A stretch of DNA of 64,000 nucleotides from an uncultured delta proteobacterium (GCA_963711565.1 CAVQEQ010000001.1:96001-160000), one strand, 5' to 3'. Shown: positions 51,547-61,815, counted from the stretch's first letter. The notes: generated by a model from the sequence alone, not told the origin. Translations and numbers: made by a program.

Positions 51547-52290
51547 TCAACCCAGGCCAAGGGTTAGCGTTCCTCGCGGTTGATCTTTTTTATCGATGAC
51601 CTGCGCTTGAAACAATCCGCCGGGAGTTTTCGCGGCTGACGACAGATCTATGTGTAGTACCGTTTCAGTACCCTTCGACGCGTGGCCGAAGTGCGCAACC
51701 TTGCTGAGCGTTAGAGTAGGATCGTGTTGAGCCTTCAGAATCAAATCAGCCGTGCTCAAATCAGCGAAGGCAGTATACGGATAAAGGTCCAGCCACACTT
51801 CGCACGGCCTATTGCTTTTAAAATCGACCGGAACCGACGTGCACAGATAAGTCTCCGAGATTCCAAATTGTGAAGCGCCTTCCTCGCCGCGGTCCGATCG
51901 GTATCCACCATATCCGTACATGCCGTTCAGCATGTCCATCATAAGAGACGTCATTTCGCCGTAGGTTGAAATCGCGCGGTCCATCAACTCCTGCAACCCA
52001 TTGACCATTCCCCGCCGGGATCGTGGACCAAATGAGTTGGGACCACTGTATTGTCCTCCCATGCTTCGGTCCTGCGCCATAAAACGGTTGACGACACGAT
52101 AAGCGCTGTTGACTCCCGCGGCACCAAACCCTGCCCCGGATTGACCTGGCGCCTGTCCTCCCGGCGGCGTGAACGATGCCGTTCGTCCGCCCGGATTTGC
52201 CGCGTGATAAGGGCGATACAAATTCGAATACTGTCGCCTCGGCCCAACGCGAAGAGGATCGGTTCTGCGGTAGCGCGTGTAATCGCTCAT
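51547..52290 (-). CDS. Hypothetical protein within the isoprenoid operon
   Basis: 247-aa ORF with 36-46 nt gaps to its neighbours; Arg/Gly-rich N-terminus, Met-rich helix, beta-rich C-terminus. Confidence 0.65.
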   Translation of the reverse strand: MSDYTRYRRTDPLRVGPRRQYSNLYRPYHAANPGGRTASFTPPGGQAPGQSGAGFGAAGVNSAYRVVNRFMAQDRSMGGQYSGPNSFGPRSRRGMVNGLQELMDRAISTYGEMTSLMMDMLNGMYGYGGYRSDRGEEGASQFGISETYLCTSVPVDFKSNRPCEVWLDLYPYTAFADLSTADLILKAQHDPTLTLSKVAHFGHASKGTETVLHIDLSSAAKTPGGLFQAQVIDKKDQPRGTLTLGLG

Positions 52291-52336
52291 GCTATTAACC
52301 CACAGTTGAGTGCTGTTAGTTCTTCCAATGCATTCG

Positions 52337-54526
52337 TCATGGATGATCGTAGGCGATAATGTCTTCCATGCGCGGGAAAGACGAGATCGCGTGAGCCGCC
52401 AGTTTACCGGACATCACCGCCGCCTCGACGCATCCGACGTCGAATCCGCAACTAGTCCAATCGCCGGTGATCGTCAAGTTGTCATAAGTGTTATCCAGCG
52501 GCGATATTCTGTAACGGATGGTTCCAGGCAGCGACAGTATATAGCGTTCCGACGGATCGACGTTCGCGATCCAGTACTGTGTATCGAACAGCGACTTATC
52601 GGCCTTCGCCGGCGGCGAGGTATGCTTCTGATAGGGATCCATTAACAGCTCCCATCTGAAGTCCCCTTTACTGCCGATAGCCTTGGGCCAAAGCTGGCCG
52701 ATGTCGGAGTTGAGGAACCGAATCGCGTTGGTTCGTACGTCCAAGCGACGCGCCGCGGTATAACCTTCGCTGCCATAGCGTTCTTTCGCGGCGGATTCGG
52801 ATAACACACTGACGAAGTATGCAATCGCGCGCGGTTCGGTCGGCCACGTCTCCTGCCCTATCAGGTGGCCCATGTCGGCCCATGTATCGAACGGTTGAGC
52901 AAAGCCAGCGAGGCATACGGGAGGATAGTCCCATCCAAGTGCTTGCATGTCCTCACGCATCCAGATCTGGAATGCCTGCGTGGCGACAGTCTTCACTTGA
53001 GCCACCATGTCGCGCCATCGTTGATCGCGATCGAGTATCTCCTTGCAGGTGCAAGGCACGGCGCCAAGGCCGAGTCCGAAGACTACCACGTCGAAATCGA
53101 CGCCGACCCTAAGTGTCCTGGCCGCAACCTTGTTGGATTTCCAATTCGACTCGAAGTCCCACTTCTCGCGTTCAAGGCGTTTGCCGCCGACCAATTGGGA
53201 AAAGTCTGGTTTGGACGGCCAGCATGGAAGGCCGCGAATTTCCACCAGCGGTTGGTATTCCGCTCCTCGTTTAACCCGGGCCTGCACGTCGAACTCCAAT
53301 GCCTCGACATAAGGCCCTTCGCCTGGCAACTGCTTGGCCGGATCGGCCAGCTTCAAGTTCCTGAGTCTATGGAAGAACTCGAACGACACGCCTCGATTCT
53401 TCAGCACTTCGTATAGCGGCGCGAATACTATGTCTCCCATTCCCGCGCGCATTTTCCAGAAGAGAGAACCTCGCGCCGAGAAGAGCATGCGAAGCGTTCC
53501 ACGAAGTCCGACCCCAGCCGCATGACGCGGGCGGCTATAGTCTCCGTCTTCATATGCGAACGCCAGGTCGTAGGCACCTCGGAGCAGGGCCGAGTTGAGC
53601 GACCGCTCCGACGCACCGTTCAGCCTCAACCATTCGCGGACATCGTAGTCATTGATCGCGTCGAAACCACGCGGATCAGTGATCAACCCGAACCGCAACA
53701 CACCTAGAATCGAAGAAAGCGCCAGGTCTATGACTACCCAGCACCAATTCAATTCCGGATCGTCACCTACGATTAACTCGAGTTGACGACGCGAGCTGGT
53801 TGCCGCGGTTTCTACCAGCTTGGCTATCAGGTTGTCGGGATATAGTGGGAACGATCGGAAAGCCATCTCGAGCAACCCTGCGGCCTCCACCAGACCTGCG
53901 ACAGTCGCCAGGAGTCCGAATTTGAGCAACCGCGTGAGACCCTTGATGACTTCCTCAGCCGGTCGATTCGACGATTCACCGGTCCACCCGCGCCTATCGG
54001 TCCCGGCTTCATCTCCACTAGAGTCGCCGGTCCGGCGGCTCTGAATGGTTAGCAACAAGGTGCGCACGAGAACTGCGGTGCGAACCAGATAGGAAGTGAT
54101 CGTGAAAGGATTTGTATCCGTTAACGGGTCACCCGGCAGGCCGTCAGCCGGAGGGAAGTACGACATGAAGCTGAGCCACGAATCTCGCGAGTCCTGCTGG
54201 GTAACGGCAAGAAACGGCGCCGGCGAGAACGCATCGCGCCAGTCCGCGATTCGGTATCTCTCGGGATCTCGATTCAGCTCGGCGTAACACTCACGCACCA
54301 TCCGGAAGGCGTTCTCGTACGAGCCCATCCAGATGTGCAAGCCGTGCTCCTCGATGCGATCGGCCGGCCCTCGGCCCGAGGCTCCCTTCCCTCCAAGACG
54401 CCATCCTATCTGATAGACCGTTATCTGGTACTTTCCCCGATGCTCGGGACGGCTCAGCTCGAAGGCGGCCGCGATTGAAGAGCATCCGCCTCCAAGGATC
54501 GCGACCTTTATCGGCTTCGATACCAA
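52337..54526 (-). CDS. FAD/NAD(P)-binding oxidoreductase related to carotenoid desaturases/HpnE
   Basis: KVAILGGG, LGGKGASGR...EEHGLHIWMGSYEN, C-terminal GDWT...CVEAAVMSGKLAA. Confidence 0.75.
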   Translation of the reverse strand: MVSKPIKVAILGGGCSSIAAAFELSRPEHRGKYQITVYQIGWRLGGKGASGRGPADRIEEHGLHIWMGSYENAFRMVRECYAELNRDPERYRIADWRDAFSPAPFLAVTQQDSRDSWLSFMSYFPPADGLPGDPLTDTNPFTITSYLVRTAVLVRTLLLTIQSRRTGDSSGDEAGTDRRGWTGESSNRPAEEVIKGLTRLLKFGLLATVAGLVEAAGLLEMAFRSFPLYPDNLIAKLVETAATSSRRQLELIVGDDPELNWCWVVIDLALSSILGVLRFGLITDPRGFDAINDYDVREWLRLNGASERSLNSALLRGAYDLAFAYEDGDYSRPRHAAGVGLRGTLRMLFSARGSLFWKMRAGMGDIVFAPLYEVLKNRGVSFEFFHRLRNLKLADPAKQLPGEGPYVEALEFDVQARVKRGAEYQPLVEIRGLPCWPSKPDFSQLVGGKRLEREKWDFESNWKSNKVAARTLRVGVDFDVVVFGLGLGAVPCTCKEILDRDQRWRDMVAQVKTVATQAFQIWMREDMQALGWDYPPVCLAGFAQPFDTWADMGHLIGQETWPTEPRAIAYFVSVLSESAAKERYGSEGYTAARRLDVRTNAIRFLNSDIGQLWPKAIGSKGDFRWELLMDPYQKHTSPPAKADKSLFDTQYWIANVDPSERYILSLPGTIRYRISPLDNTYDNLTITGDWTSCGFDVGCVEAAVMSGKLAAHAISSFPRMEDIIAYDHP

Positions 54527-54682
54527 CGACGAGCCCCCGTTTGATCAGAATGAATCGAACCGTGAAACAATCTACTAGCGCTTTGATTACGTCAAGCCTC
54601 CATCTCCGGTTGAATCGTTTGATCGCCGGATCAATCGTATTGCGGAGCAGCCACCGCCACAGCGGCCACGCTCGTGAAATGA

Positions 54683-55420
54683 ATGCCAGATCCAGGCGGA
54701 ATTCAGACGGAAAGCTCTAAAACACCGGCCCCGGAGCTGTCCTTAGATTCGCGCGCGGTCCAGGCACTACTGCTCGTGCTGAGCATCACCGCCGGATGCA
54801 CCAACGTCATCAGCTTCCTCGGCCTCGACGGCCTGTTCACCGCCCACATCACCGGCAACCTCGTCATCCTGGCCGCGCATATCGTCATCCGCGATCAGGC
54901 GTCGATAGCTCCGATGCTGTCGGTGCCAGTCTTCATTGTGGTAATCAGCTTGACGCGAGTGCTGGCAGGGCGCCTTGAGTCAATCGGCATCAGCGCACTT
55001 CGTCCGCTGCTGTTCCTTCAGTTCGTTTTGATCGCCGGATTTCTCGCGCTCTGCCTCGCGGCGGGCCGGCGCATCGATCCCAACGCGACCAACGCGATCA
55101 TCGCTGGCATGCTCGGTGTGTCGGCGATGGCGGTGCAGAACGCTCTCGTTCAGTTTTCGCTTAAGGGAGCACCTCCCACCGCAGTGATGACGAGCAACGT
55201 CACGCGCTTTGCGATGGACATAGGCGAGTTGCTGGCCGGGGACAATCCGGCTGCCGTCGCCGACGCGCGCAGAAATATGGCGCGCACGCTACCGGCGATA
55301 ATTGGTTTCGCCGTCGGCTGCGCCATCGGCGCGATCGCCGAGGCTAGATTCGGCCTGCGCTCGCTGATTCTGTCTGCTGCCCTCGCTCTGTTCGCATACG
55401 TCCTGGGATTCGCGGTGTGA
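54683..55420 (+). CDS. YoaK/DUF1275 family membrane protein
   Basis: FTAHITGNLV, AMAVQNA, TAVMTSNVT, GFAVGCAIGA. Confidence 0.85.
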   Translation: MPDPGGIQTESSKTPAPELSLDSRAVQALLLVLSITAGCTNVISFLGLDGLFTAHITGNLVILAAHIVIRDQASIAPMLSVPVFIVVISLTRVLAGRLESIGISALRPLLFLQFVLIAGFLALCLAAGRRIDPNATNAIIAGMLGVSAMAVQNALVQFSLKGAPPTAVMTSNVTRFAMDIGELLAGDNPAAVADARRNMARTLPAIIGFAVGCAIGAIAEARFGLRSLILSAALALFAYVLGFAV

Positions 55421-55522
55421 ACGGCGACGGCGGGGCGGAAGCCAGTCCGCTCAAACGCCCGTCCCCATCCTTCGCGTTGAGTCTGTTCGGAGAGCCAAAC
55501 GGGAAACGAAACCAGTCGCGAT

Positions 55523-56014
55523 CTATCTGGACGGAGTAGCCGCGTGCGAGGGACCGCTGAAGCAGCCAGCGCCAGCACACGCACCCAATCCGGCACCCGT
55601 AGCTACGAGCACTGCGGCTGCCCCGAGGGGTCCCCCTCCGAGATACCACGCGGCGCATGCACCCGGCGAATTCGACGAAGAAGACGCGACGGTGGCCGAT
55701 GACAATGACCAGTCTTCTGTCAGGCCTTGCGCCGGTACCGCGCTGCTCGTCGCTCCTGGCTGATAACCTGCTGGAGGATTCAACGCGGTCTTGTAGTCGC
55801 CCGGCGCGACACCTGTGATGCAATACCTGCCCGCATCATTGGTCGTCCCCTGGCCGACTACGGCTCCGCCCGCGTCCGTCAGGGTAACTTGGGCTCCTGC
55901 CACTGGGCCTTTGGGCCCGACCACTTCGCCAGTGACGTCAGAACAGAAAGCGACCGGCGCATGCGCGAGCCAAAGAGAGGCCAAGAAAAAAGCCGCGACA
56001 AATGATTTACTCAA
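55523..56014 (-). CDS. Secreted protein with a carboxypeptidase-regulatory-like beta-sandwich and a hydrophobic Gly/Ala tail
   Basis: Signal peptide, GEVVGPKGPVAGAQVTL...TTNDAGRY...PGDY. Confidence 0.7.
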   Translation of the reverse strand: MSKSFVAAFFLASLWLAHAPVAFCSDVTGEVVGPKGPVAGAQVTLTDAGGAVVGQGTTNDAGRYCITGVAPGDYKTALNPPAGYQPGATSSAVPAQGLTEDWSLSSATVASSSSNSPGACAAWYLGGGPLGAAAVLVATGAGLGACAGAGCFSGPSHAATPSR

Positions 56015-56100
56015 TCGGCTGTCTCCAAATAAGAGCGATTTCAGTTATGATGATCCCACCCGCGTACAGGCCAATGATATAGAAGAAACCGTCATCTGTT

Positions 56101-56121
56101 GCAAGAGCAAGCTGCTCTTGC
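56101..56121. terminator. Perfect 9-bp inverted repeat (terminator or operator)
   Basis: GCAAGAGCA-AGC-TGCTCTTGC in an AT-rich spacer. Confidence 0.4.
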
Positions 56122-56295
56122 CTTACACCACTTTTAGAGTTTTTAGTAGCTTTTTGTAGCTGCGAGCTCGGGACCGCAATGTGGTGAAGGCACTACATGG
56201 CTACGCAATCCTCCATATAGCCTGCTCAGGCGAATCTTGATCAATCTGACTCCCAACCCTCTAATCCGAGCTTTCGCCAGCAATGGTGGGCTCGT

Positions 56296-57159
56296 TCAGG
56301 CGTCCAGCTTCAGTACCTTGCGGGCGTTGTCGCGCAGGAACTTCGGCCAGACCTTGTCAGTGAAGGTTACGGACTTCATGTCGGTCATGATTCGCTCAAG
56401 CGACAGGCCCATCGGGAAGTAGCCGGCGTAGATGATCCGGTCCGCGCCACGCGTATTCGCATAACGAATGATCGCTTCCGGGTAATGCTTGGGCGCGAAG
56501 GCGGAAGTCGAATAGTAGAGGTTGGGCCATTTCAGCATCAGCTTGATGGCCAAGTCTTCCCAAGGCTCGCAGCCGTGACGCGTCACAAAGACGAGCTCAG
56601 GGAAGTCGTACATCACCTGATCGATCAGGCGTACTTCCTGCGGCCACATCGGGAATCTCGGCCCCGGGACGCCGGCGCAGGCGAAGATCGGGACGCCCAG
56701 TTCAACGCACTTCGCGTAGATTGGGTACATCAGCGGGTCGGAGATACCGACTTGCGGATTGTAGCCCGCGTTGAACGCGCCGAAAGCGCGCACACCATAT
56801 TTTTCGTACTGCCGCATCATGTCGCGGATGCCGTCCATGCCGCGGTTCGGGTCCACGTTGCCCATGGCGATGAACCTGTCGGGATGGTCCTTGAGCGCCT
56901 TCGTTCCGACCTCGCCGCCGGCGCCGATGACGCCGATCTCAATGCCGAACCGATCCATCTCGTGCAAGGTCACAGAAATCGGATCTTTGGACGATCCGTA
57001 CAACTCCTTCGGCACGTTCTTGAACATGTACTCGACCGGGAAATCGAACTTCGCCGAAGGGTCCTTCAACTGTGCACGAATAAAATCGTACATTTTGAAA
57101 TCTTCGGCCGGGAAACCGATCATCGTATCGATTATCCCGATGTCGGTGGGCATCCCCAT
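56296..57159 (-). CDS. Amidohydrolase family protein (Amidohydro_2)
   Basis: MYPIYAKCVELGVPI, DFPELVFVTRHGCEPW, PNLYYSTSAFAPK, NARKVL. Confidence 0.85.
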   Translation of the reverse strand: MGMPTDIGIIDTMIGFPAEDFKMYDFIRAQLKDPSAKFDFPVEYMFKNVPKELYGSSKDPISVTLHEMDRFGIEIGVIGAGGEVGTKALKDHPDRFIAMGNVDPNRGMDGIRDMMRQYEKYGVRAFGAFNAGYNPQVGISDPLMYPIYAKCVELGVPIFACAGVPGPRFPMWPQEVRLIDQVMYDFPELVFVTRHGCEPWEDLAIKLMLKWPNLYYSTSAFAPKHYPEAIIRYANTRGADRIIYAGYFPMGLSLERIMTDMKSVTFTDKVWPKFLRDNARKVLKLDA

Positions 57160-57162
57160 AAC

Positions 57163-58383
57163 TCAGGATGCCTCCTTAAGGGCGTCGCGGAAGAGATAGC
57201 AGGCGCTGTCACGGGGGATCTCTTCGCGCGGCAGCGGCGTTTCCACTTGAGCCGGCGTCGGGCCAACCTTCTCCGCCCGAAGCTTCAACTCCTTCAGGTC
57301 GAAGTTGTAGAGCGCCGCAGCATTCAAGCCCAGCACCTTTCGCCGGCGCGAGTCCGGCATGTCGCCGAACGTCAGGCGCAAAGATTGTAGGTTGTATGGG
57401 AAGGTACCCTCGTAGTGAGGATAGTCGTTGCCCCACAGGACGTGATCCTCACCAATCTCATCGATGCCGGCGAGATCGGCTTTGCTCGGAAAGCTCGCGC
57501 CGTAGTAGCAGTGACGCTTCGCATAGACGCTGGGCGGTTCTTTCAGTGGCGATTCCATTCCTGCGTAATTCATCTCACCCAGCGCGCCTGCCTTAATCGC
57601 GTAATAGGCACGGTCGAGCTGCTTGAGTACCTCTGGAACCCAGTAGCAGCCGGATTCGGTCAGGATGTGCTTGAGCTTCGGGAACTTCTCGTACACACCC
57701 GCCATCAGAAGGTGCCGGTAGCCGGCTTGACCGTAATAGGCCACGTCCTGGATCCAGATCGATTGGCCCACCACGTCGTCGCCGTAGTCCGGCAGGCCCT
57801 GACCTGTATGCTGATTGAGGACGAGGCCATGATCCTGAATAGCAGCGAACACGCGGTCCCACGCCGGATGGTACAGCGGCTTCAGCCAGTAAGCGTCCGG
57901 CGGGATGAGCGGCAGGAGGACGCCGCCGCGCAGCCCCGACTTGGCGATGAACCCGATATCCTTGATCGCCTCGTCGAAGTCGTTCGGCAGGATCAATCCA
58001 ATCCCGGCGCGGCGCACCGGGTCCTCGGCGCAGAAATCTTTCAGCCATCGATTGTGGGCGCGGATGCCGGCGAGGCATTGCTGGTAGTTTTCAGGCTTCG
58101 GCGGATGGGCCGTGACGATGCTCTTGCGATAGAACGGCGGCACAGTATTCGGGAATACCACTTCGCCGACGACGCCCTGGCTGTCCTGGTCTTTGTTGCG
58201 GATGCCGTAGTCCCAGTTGCGCATCTTCTTGGAGCCGTAGTGCTCCTGGGACGGGTTCTTATATCCGCCACGCCATTCGTCGAACGCCTCGCGCCACTGC
58301 GGGTCGAGGTATTCGCGATACTGGGCATGGCTACCGCCCCCGTGCGTGTCCGCGGTGATAAGTAGATAGGGCTCTTGGTTCAT
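57163..58383 (-). CDS. Amidohydrolase family protein
   Basis: ITADTHGG, HNRWLKDFC, NQHTG, LTESG, WGNDYPHYEGTFP. Confidence 0.88.
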   Translation of the reverse strand: MNQEPYLLITADTHGGGSHAQYREYLDPQWREAFDEWRGGYKNPSQEHYGSKKMRNWDYGIRNKDQDSQGVVGEVVFPNTVPPFYRKSIVTAHPPKPENYQQCLAGIRAHNRWLKDFCAEDPVRRAGIGLILPNDFDEAIKDIGFIAKSGLRGGVLLPLIPPDAYWLKPLYHPAWDRVFAAIQDHGLVLNQHTGQGLPDYGDDVVGQSIWIQDVAYYGQAGYRHLLMAGVYEKFPKLKHILTESGCYWVPEVLKQLDRAYYAIKAGALGEMNYAGMESPLKEPPSVYAKRHCYYGASFPSKADLAGIDEIGEDHVLWGNDYPHYEGTFPYNLQSLRLTFGDMPDSRRRKVLGLNAAALYNFDLKELKLRAEKVGPTPAQVETPLPREEIPRDSACYLFRDALKEAS

Positions 58384-58519
58384 GTGGATCTCCTGTCCAT
58401 GGTCAAAACCTCACCCCGGATCTGCCAACGGAGCATCACGATCTGCGGCAGGCGCGCTACAAGAGCCGGGTCGTTAAGGCGACCATCCTCGCCCTACTAT
58501 CATAACTTCCAGCCACGCG

Positions 58520-59482
58520 TCACTCGGCATACCGGCGTTGCAACTGCGCCATTCGCCCAAACAGCTCAATGATCTTGCGTGGTGACTGATCGTCATTTAT
58601 CTCGCGAAAGATTGTATCCACCGTAACGGCCAGCCGCTCTGCATCTTCCCATGCGCCGAATGAACCGAGCGCTATGTCCTGCGCAGCCTCCCATGAATTC
58701 ATTCCCGCAGCGTGACGTTTGCGCGCTTCCTGGTCAACATAGACCAGATAGTCCTGCATCCGCTTGACGCCAGCCTTGTCGGTGATCGGACCATGGCCGG
58801 GGACAATCACGTCGGCGTCGAGTCCCAGGATTCGGTCACAGGCTTTGATCCAATTGCTTACGGGACCTGCCCATGCGATCGGAGTCCCGTCTATGAACAG
58901 AATATCGCCGGTGTAGACAACCCGATTTGCAGGGACAAAGGCGATCACGTCGCCCGCTGTGTGCGCCGGCCCGACCTGGATGAGCTTTATCTGCTTGTCG
59001 CCGACTTTGTGAGTTTCTTCTCCGGTGAAGGTCCGGTCGGGCAGCCTGAATGTCACCCCGGCGAAATCGAATGCTCCGAAGATTTTCTTGAAAAAGGCTC
59101 CAACCTCTCCCATCGCGGCGGTATTATTCATCAACTGCGCGAGCATCTGCGGACCGGCGTCTTCGCGCATTTCATGCGCAGCCGCTTCTGACGCGATAAT
59201 CACCGCATTTTTCGCGAGCCGATTGCCGAAGGTGTGATCGCCGTTCGAATGTGTATTCACCACCACGCCAATGCGATCGGCGCCAAAGCCGGTCGCGTCC
59301 TGCATCACCCCGAACATCTCGGCGGTCAACCGCTCGTCGAAGAGCGTATCGACCAACAGCGATTGATCTCCGTCGGTAATCAACCCTGCGTTGCTGTAGC
59401 CCCAGGTACCTGACGGCTGCAGGTATGCGTACGCGCCACGTCCAAGGTCATGCAGACCTTTAGTGAATTGCCATTTACTCAC
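58520..59482 (-). CDS. MBL-fold metallohydrolase (cyclase-like)
   Basis: WGYSNAG, THSNGDH, AHTAGD, TGDIL, PGHG; GTG start 59482 after AGGAGA. Confidence 0.88.
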   Translation of the reverse strand: MSKWQFTKGLHDLGRGAYAYLQPSGTWGYSNAGLITDGDQSLLVDTLFDERLTAEMFGVMQDATGFGADRIGVVVNTHSNGDHTFGNRLAKNAVIIASEAAAHEMREDAGPQMLAQLMNNTAAMGEVGAFFKKIFGAFDFAGVTFRLPDRTFTGEETHKVGDKQIKLIQVGPAHTAGDVIAFVPANRVVYTGDILFIDGTPIAWAGPVSNWIKACDRILGLDADVIVPGHGPITDKAGVKRMQDYLVYVDQEARKRHAAGMNSWEAAQDIALGSFGAWEDAERLAVTVDTIFREINDDQSPRKIIELFGRMAQLQRRYAE

Positions 59483-59567
59483 GACTTCTCTCCTATGGTC
59501 CGAGCGCCGCCGCCAGGAACTTGTAGACCAGCGTACCGCGCGGAAAAACTCTCCGGCAATCTGACCC

Positions 59568-59765
59568 CTATTCGACGATTTCTTGCTTGAGGCTCTGGAC
59601 CAATGCGACAACGTCGCGCTGTTCGGCCTCCGGCACCTTGAACTTCGCCATGGTCGCCGCGGCGTGTCCGGGGAAAACGTTCCAGTCGCTCTCGCTGATC
59701 CTCGTGCCGCGATCCGCTAACAGCATTTCTCTTTTCCGGTAGTACAGAGGTCCACCTGGAACTGC
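59568..59765 (-). pseudogene. C-terminal remnant of a group I truncated hemoglobin
   Basis: Manual translation GGPLYYRKREMLLADRGTRISESDWNVFPGHAAATMAKFKVPEAEQRDVVALVQSLKQEIVE*; preceded by an in-frame TAA; not in the ORF track. Confidence 0.75.
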
Positions 59766-59956
59766 TTACGATTGAATCCTCATGGGCTGGACTCTGTCTC
59801 CGGTGCCACTTGAGATGCAAACGGAGCCGATCTGCGAATTTGGACCTGGCGCGCCTTCCAGCGTCAACCGGAGCAGTGTTGTCGGTCGATTGGTCGGAGT
59901 ATTGACATCGAGGGACTTGAGGCCGCTCTGTCGGGAGTGATACGGAGTGAGGCCAA

Positions 59957-61632
59957 GTGATTCGTTCCCCCGATCTTTCAGAGAAGGCGCCCGACAGCAA
60001 CACCGACCGGCCCGAGTATGCCGCTTCCGTTCTGGTGGTTGGTGCCGGACCGACCGGGCTGCTACTCGCTGCGGAGCTTCATCGCCGCGGTGTGAATTGC
60101 CATCTGATCGATGCCCGGCCGAGGCCGCTCGATTGGGACCGTGCGACGGTGATCCATCCCCGCTCGCTGGAGCTGTTCGAGTCATTGGGACTTGTCGATA
60201 AGTTCCTGGGGCCGGCACGAAACAGCGGGGTGTAAAGATTCACTCGCGCGGCCGAGTCCTCGGCACGATGGATCTATCGGCGTGCGGAAGCATCTATGGG
60301 TTCAATCTCGGCCTGTCCGAGGAGGTCACCGAGTCCATCCTCACCGACTACCTTCAAGAACAAGGCGGCAAGGTGATTCGATCCTCGCGACTGGTAGGGC
60401 TTACTCCTTATCCCGACGGCGTCCCCGCCGAGATCGAGCGCGATGGAGCCCGCTACCAGATTGACTCTCGCTGGGTAGTGGGATGCGACGGCTTCCACAG
60501 TCCTACTCGCGAGCTCAGCGGCGTCAGCCTGGAAGGCCACGATATCGATAAGCCGTGGGCAGTCTTCGACGCTACGTTGCAAGGCTGGACCGGCGCGTTC
60601 GATTTCAATTTCGTCTACCTCGACACGCTTCCGGTCATTTTGACGGCACTCCCCGGTCGACGGTGGCGCGTCTACCTGAGGCCGAGCTCGGGGGAGTCGG
60701 ATTTGGTCGCCGAGGCCACCTTGACGATTAACCAATACGAAGCAGGCGCATCTTTCGTAGACGTAGAGAGTCCGACGCGATTCCAATGCCACGCCAAGGT
60801 GGCGACCCGGTTCCGATGGGGGCGCGTGTTGCTGGCCGGCGACGCCGCTCACCTTTGCTCGCCTGCTGAGGGACACGGCATGAACTGCGGATTGCAAGAC
60901 GCCGTTAATCTGGCCTGGAAACTGGCCCTGGTATGCCAAGGCGCCGCCGAATCGGCTCTACTCGATAGCTACGAGGCCGAGCGCCGCCCCGTCGCCGAGA
61001 CAGTTGCCAGATCCGGTGACGTCTCGGAGCAATCCCAAACGCTTACTGAACCAAAAGATCGCGAGCGCCGAGACAGAGCCTTGGGAGCCATGCTGGCCCA
61101 GCCAGCCGCGCGACATCACGAAGTTGTGGCCGAGGCAGAGCTGAACGTGGATTACTCCGGATCGCCAATCGTCTGCGGCGATGCCAATAGCCATCTCGCT
61201 GCCGGGCAACGCTTACCTGACACTATCACGGTTCGACCCTCCGGCGGGGAACCTTGTTGACTTCACAATCTGACCCAACGCGCCGGCCACACTCTCGTGC
61301 TTCTTGGTGGCGCAACTGGCCAGGGCTCCGAGCTCGCTTACGTCCTGGCCGCCTTGCAAAAGATTGCCGCCGACTCGCCAATATTCGAAGCGGCGGTCGC
61401 TTTCGGTGCGTCCAACGGTCTGCCCGGACAGATCGGGCACCTCGAAGTTGGTGCGGCTGACGAACTCGGCGTCGAGCGCATCACACTTCTGGCAGTGCGC
61501 CCGGACGGATACGTCGGCATGCGATCCGATCGAGATCACTTGGGCGCACTCGAGCGCTATCGCAGTCTGATTCGCGCCGAACACGTGATCAAACCGAGCT
61601 TCTCCCGACACACACGACGTGAGAATCTCTGA
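59957..61632 (+). pseudogene. FAD-dependent monooxygenase (PheA/TfdB-like), broken by a frameshift (about 60210) and an in-frame TGA (61258-61260)
   Basis: GAGPTG, VGCDG, GDAAHLCSPAEGHGMN, LLDSYEAERRP and VRPDGYVG spread over three ORFs. Confidence 0.8.
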
Positions 61633-61646
61633 CCGCGAAGACTGGG

Positions 61647-61736
61647 TGGCGGAGAGGGAGGGATTCGAACCCCCGGAGCCGTTAGGCTCACCTGATTTCG
61701 AGTCAGGCCGGTTAAACCAAACTCCCGAACCTCTCC
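61647..61736 (-). tRNA. tRNA-Ser(CGA)
   Basis: GGAGAGG/CCTCTCC acceptor stem with GCCA end, anticodon arm CCTGA-CTCGAAA-TCAGG, long variable arm, GGTTCGAATCC T-arm. Confidence 0.95.
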
Positions 61737-61815
61737 GCGACAGACGAGCATCGATGTTTGCTCCTGCGCAGTCAAGGACCACCAAATTCAAGCCTGCTGC
61801 ATACATGGTGCAGTC

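Larger units (their letters stand above)
42900..54600. other. Putative horizontally acquired block (regulator plus isoprenoid-type gene cluster)
   Basis: Visibly more A/T at third codon positions than 1-42 kb (qualitative); self-contained convergent layout; no boundary repeats seen. Confidence 0.5.

Noticed and set aside
54584-54634. FNR/FixK boxes (TTGATTACGTCAA and TTGATCGCCGGATCAA)
   Set aside because: Half-site spacings are 3 and 6 nt rather than 4; they could bind another factor but this is unsupported.
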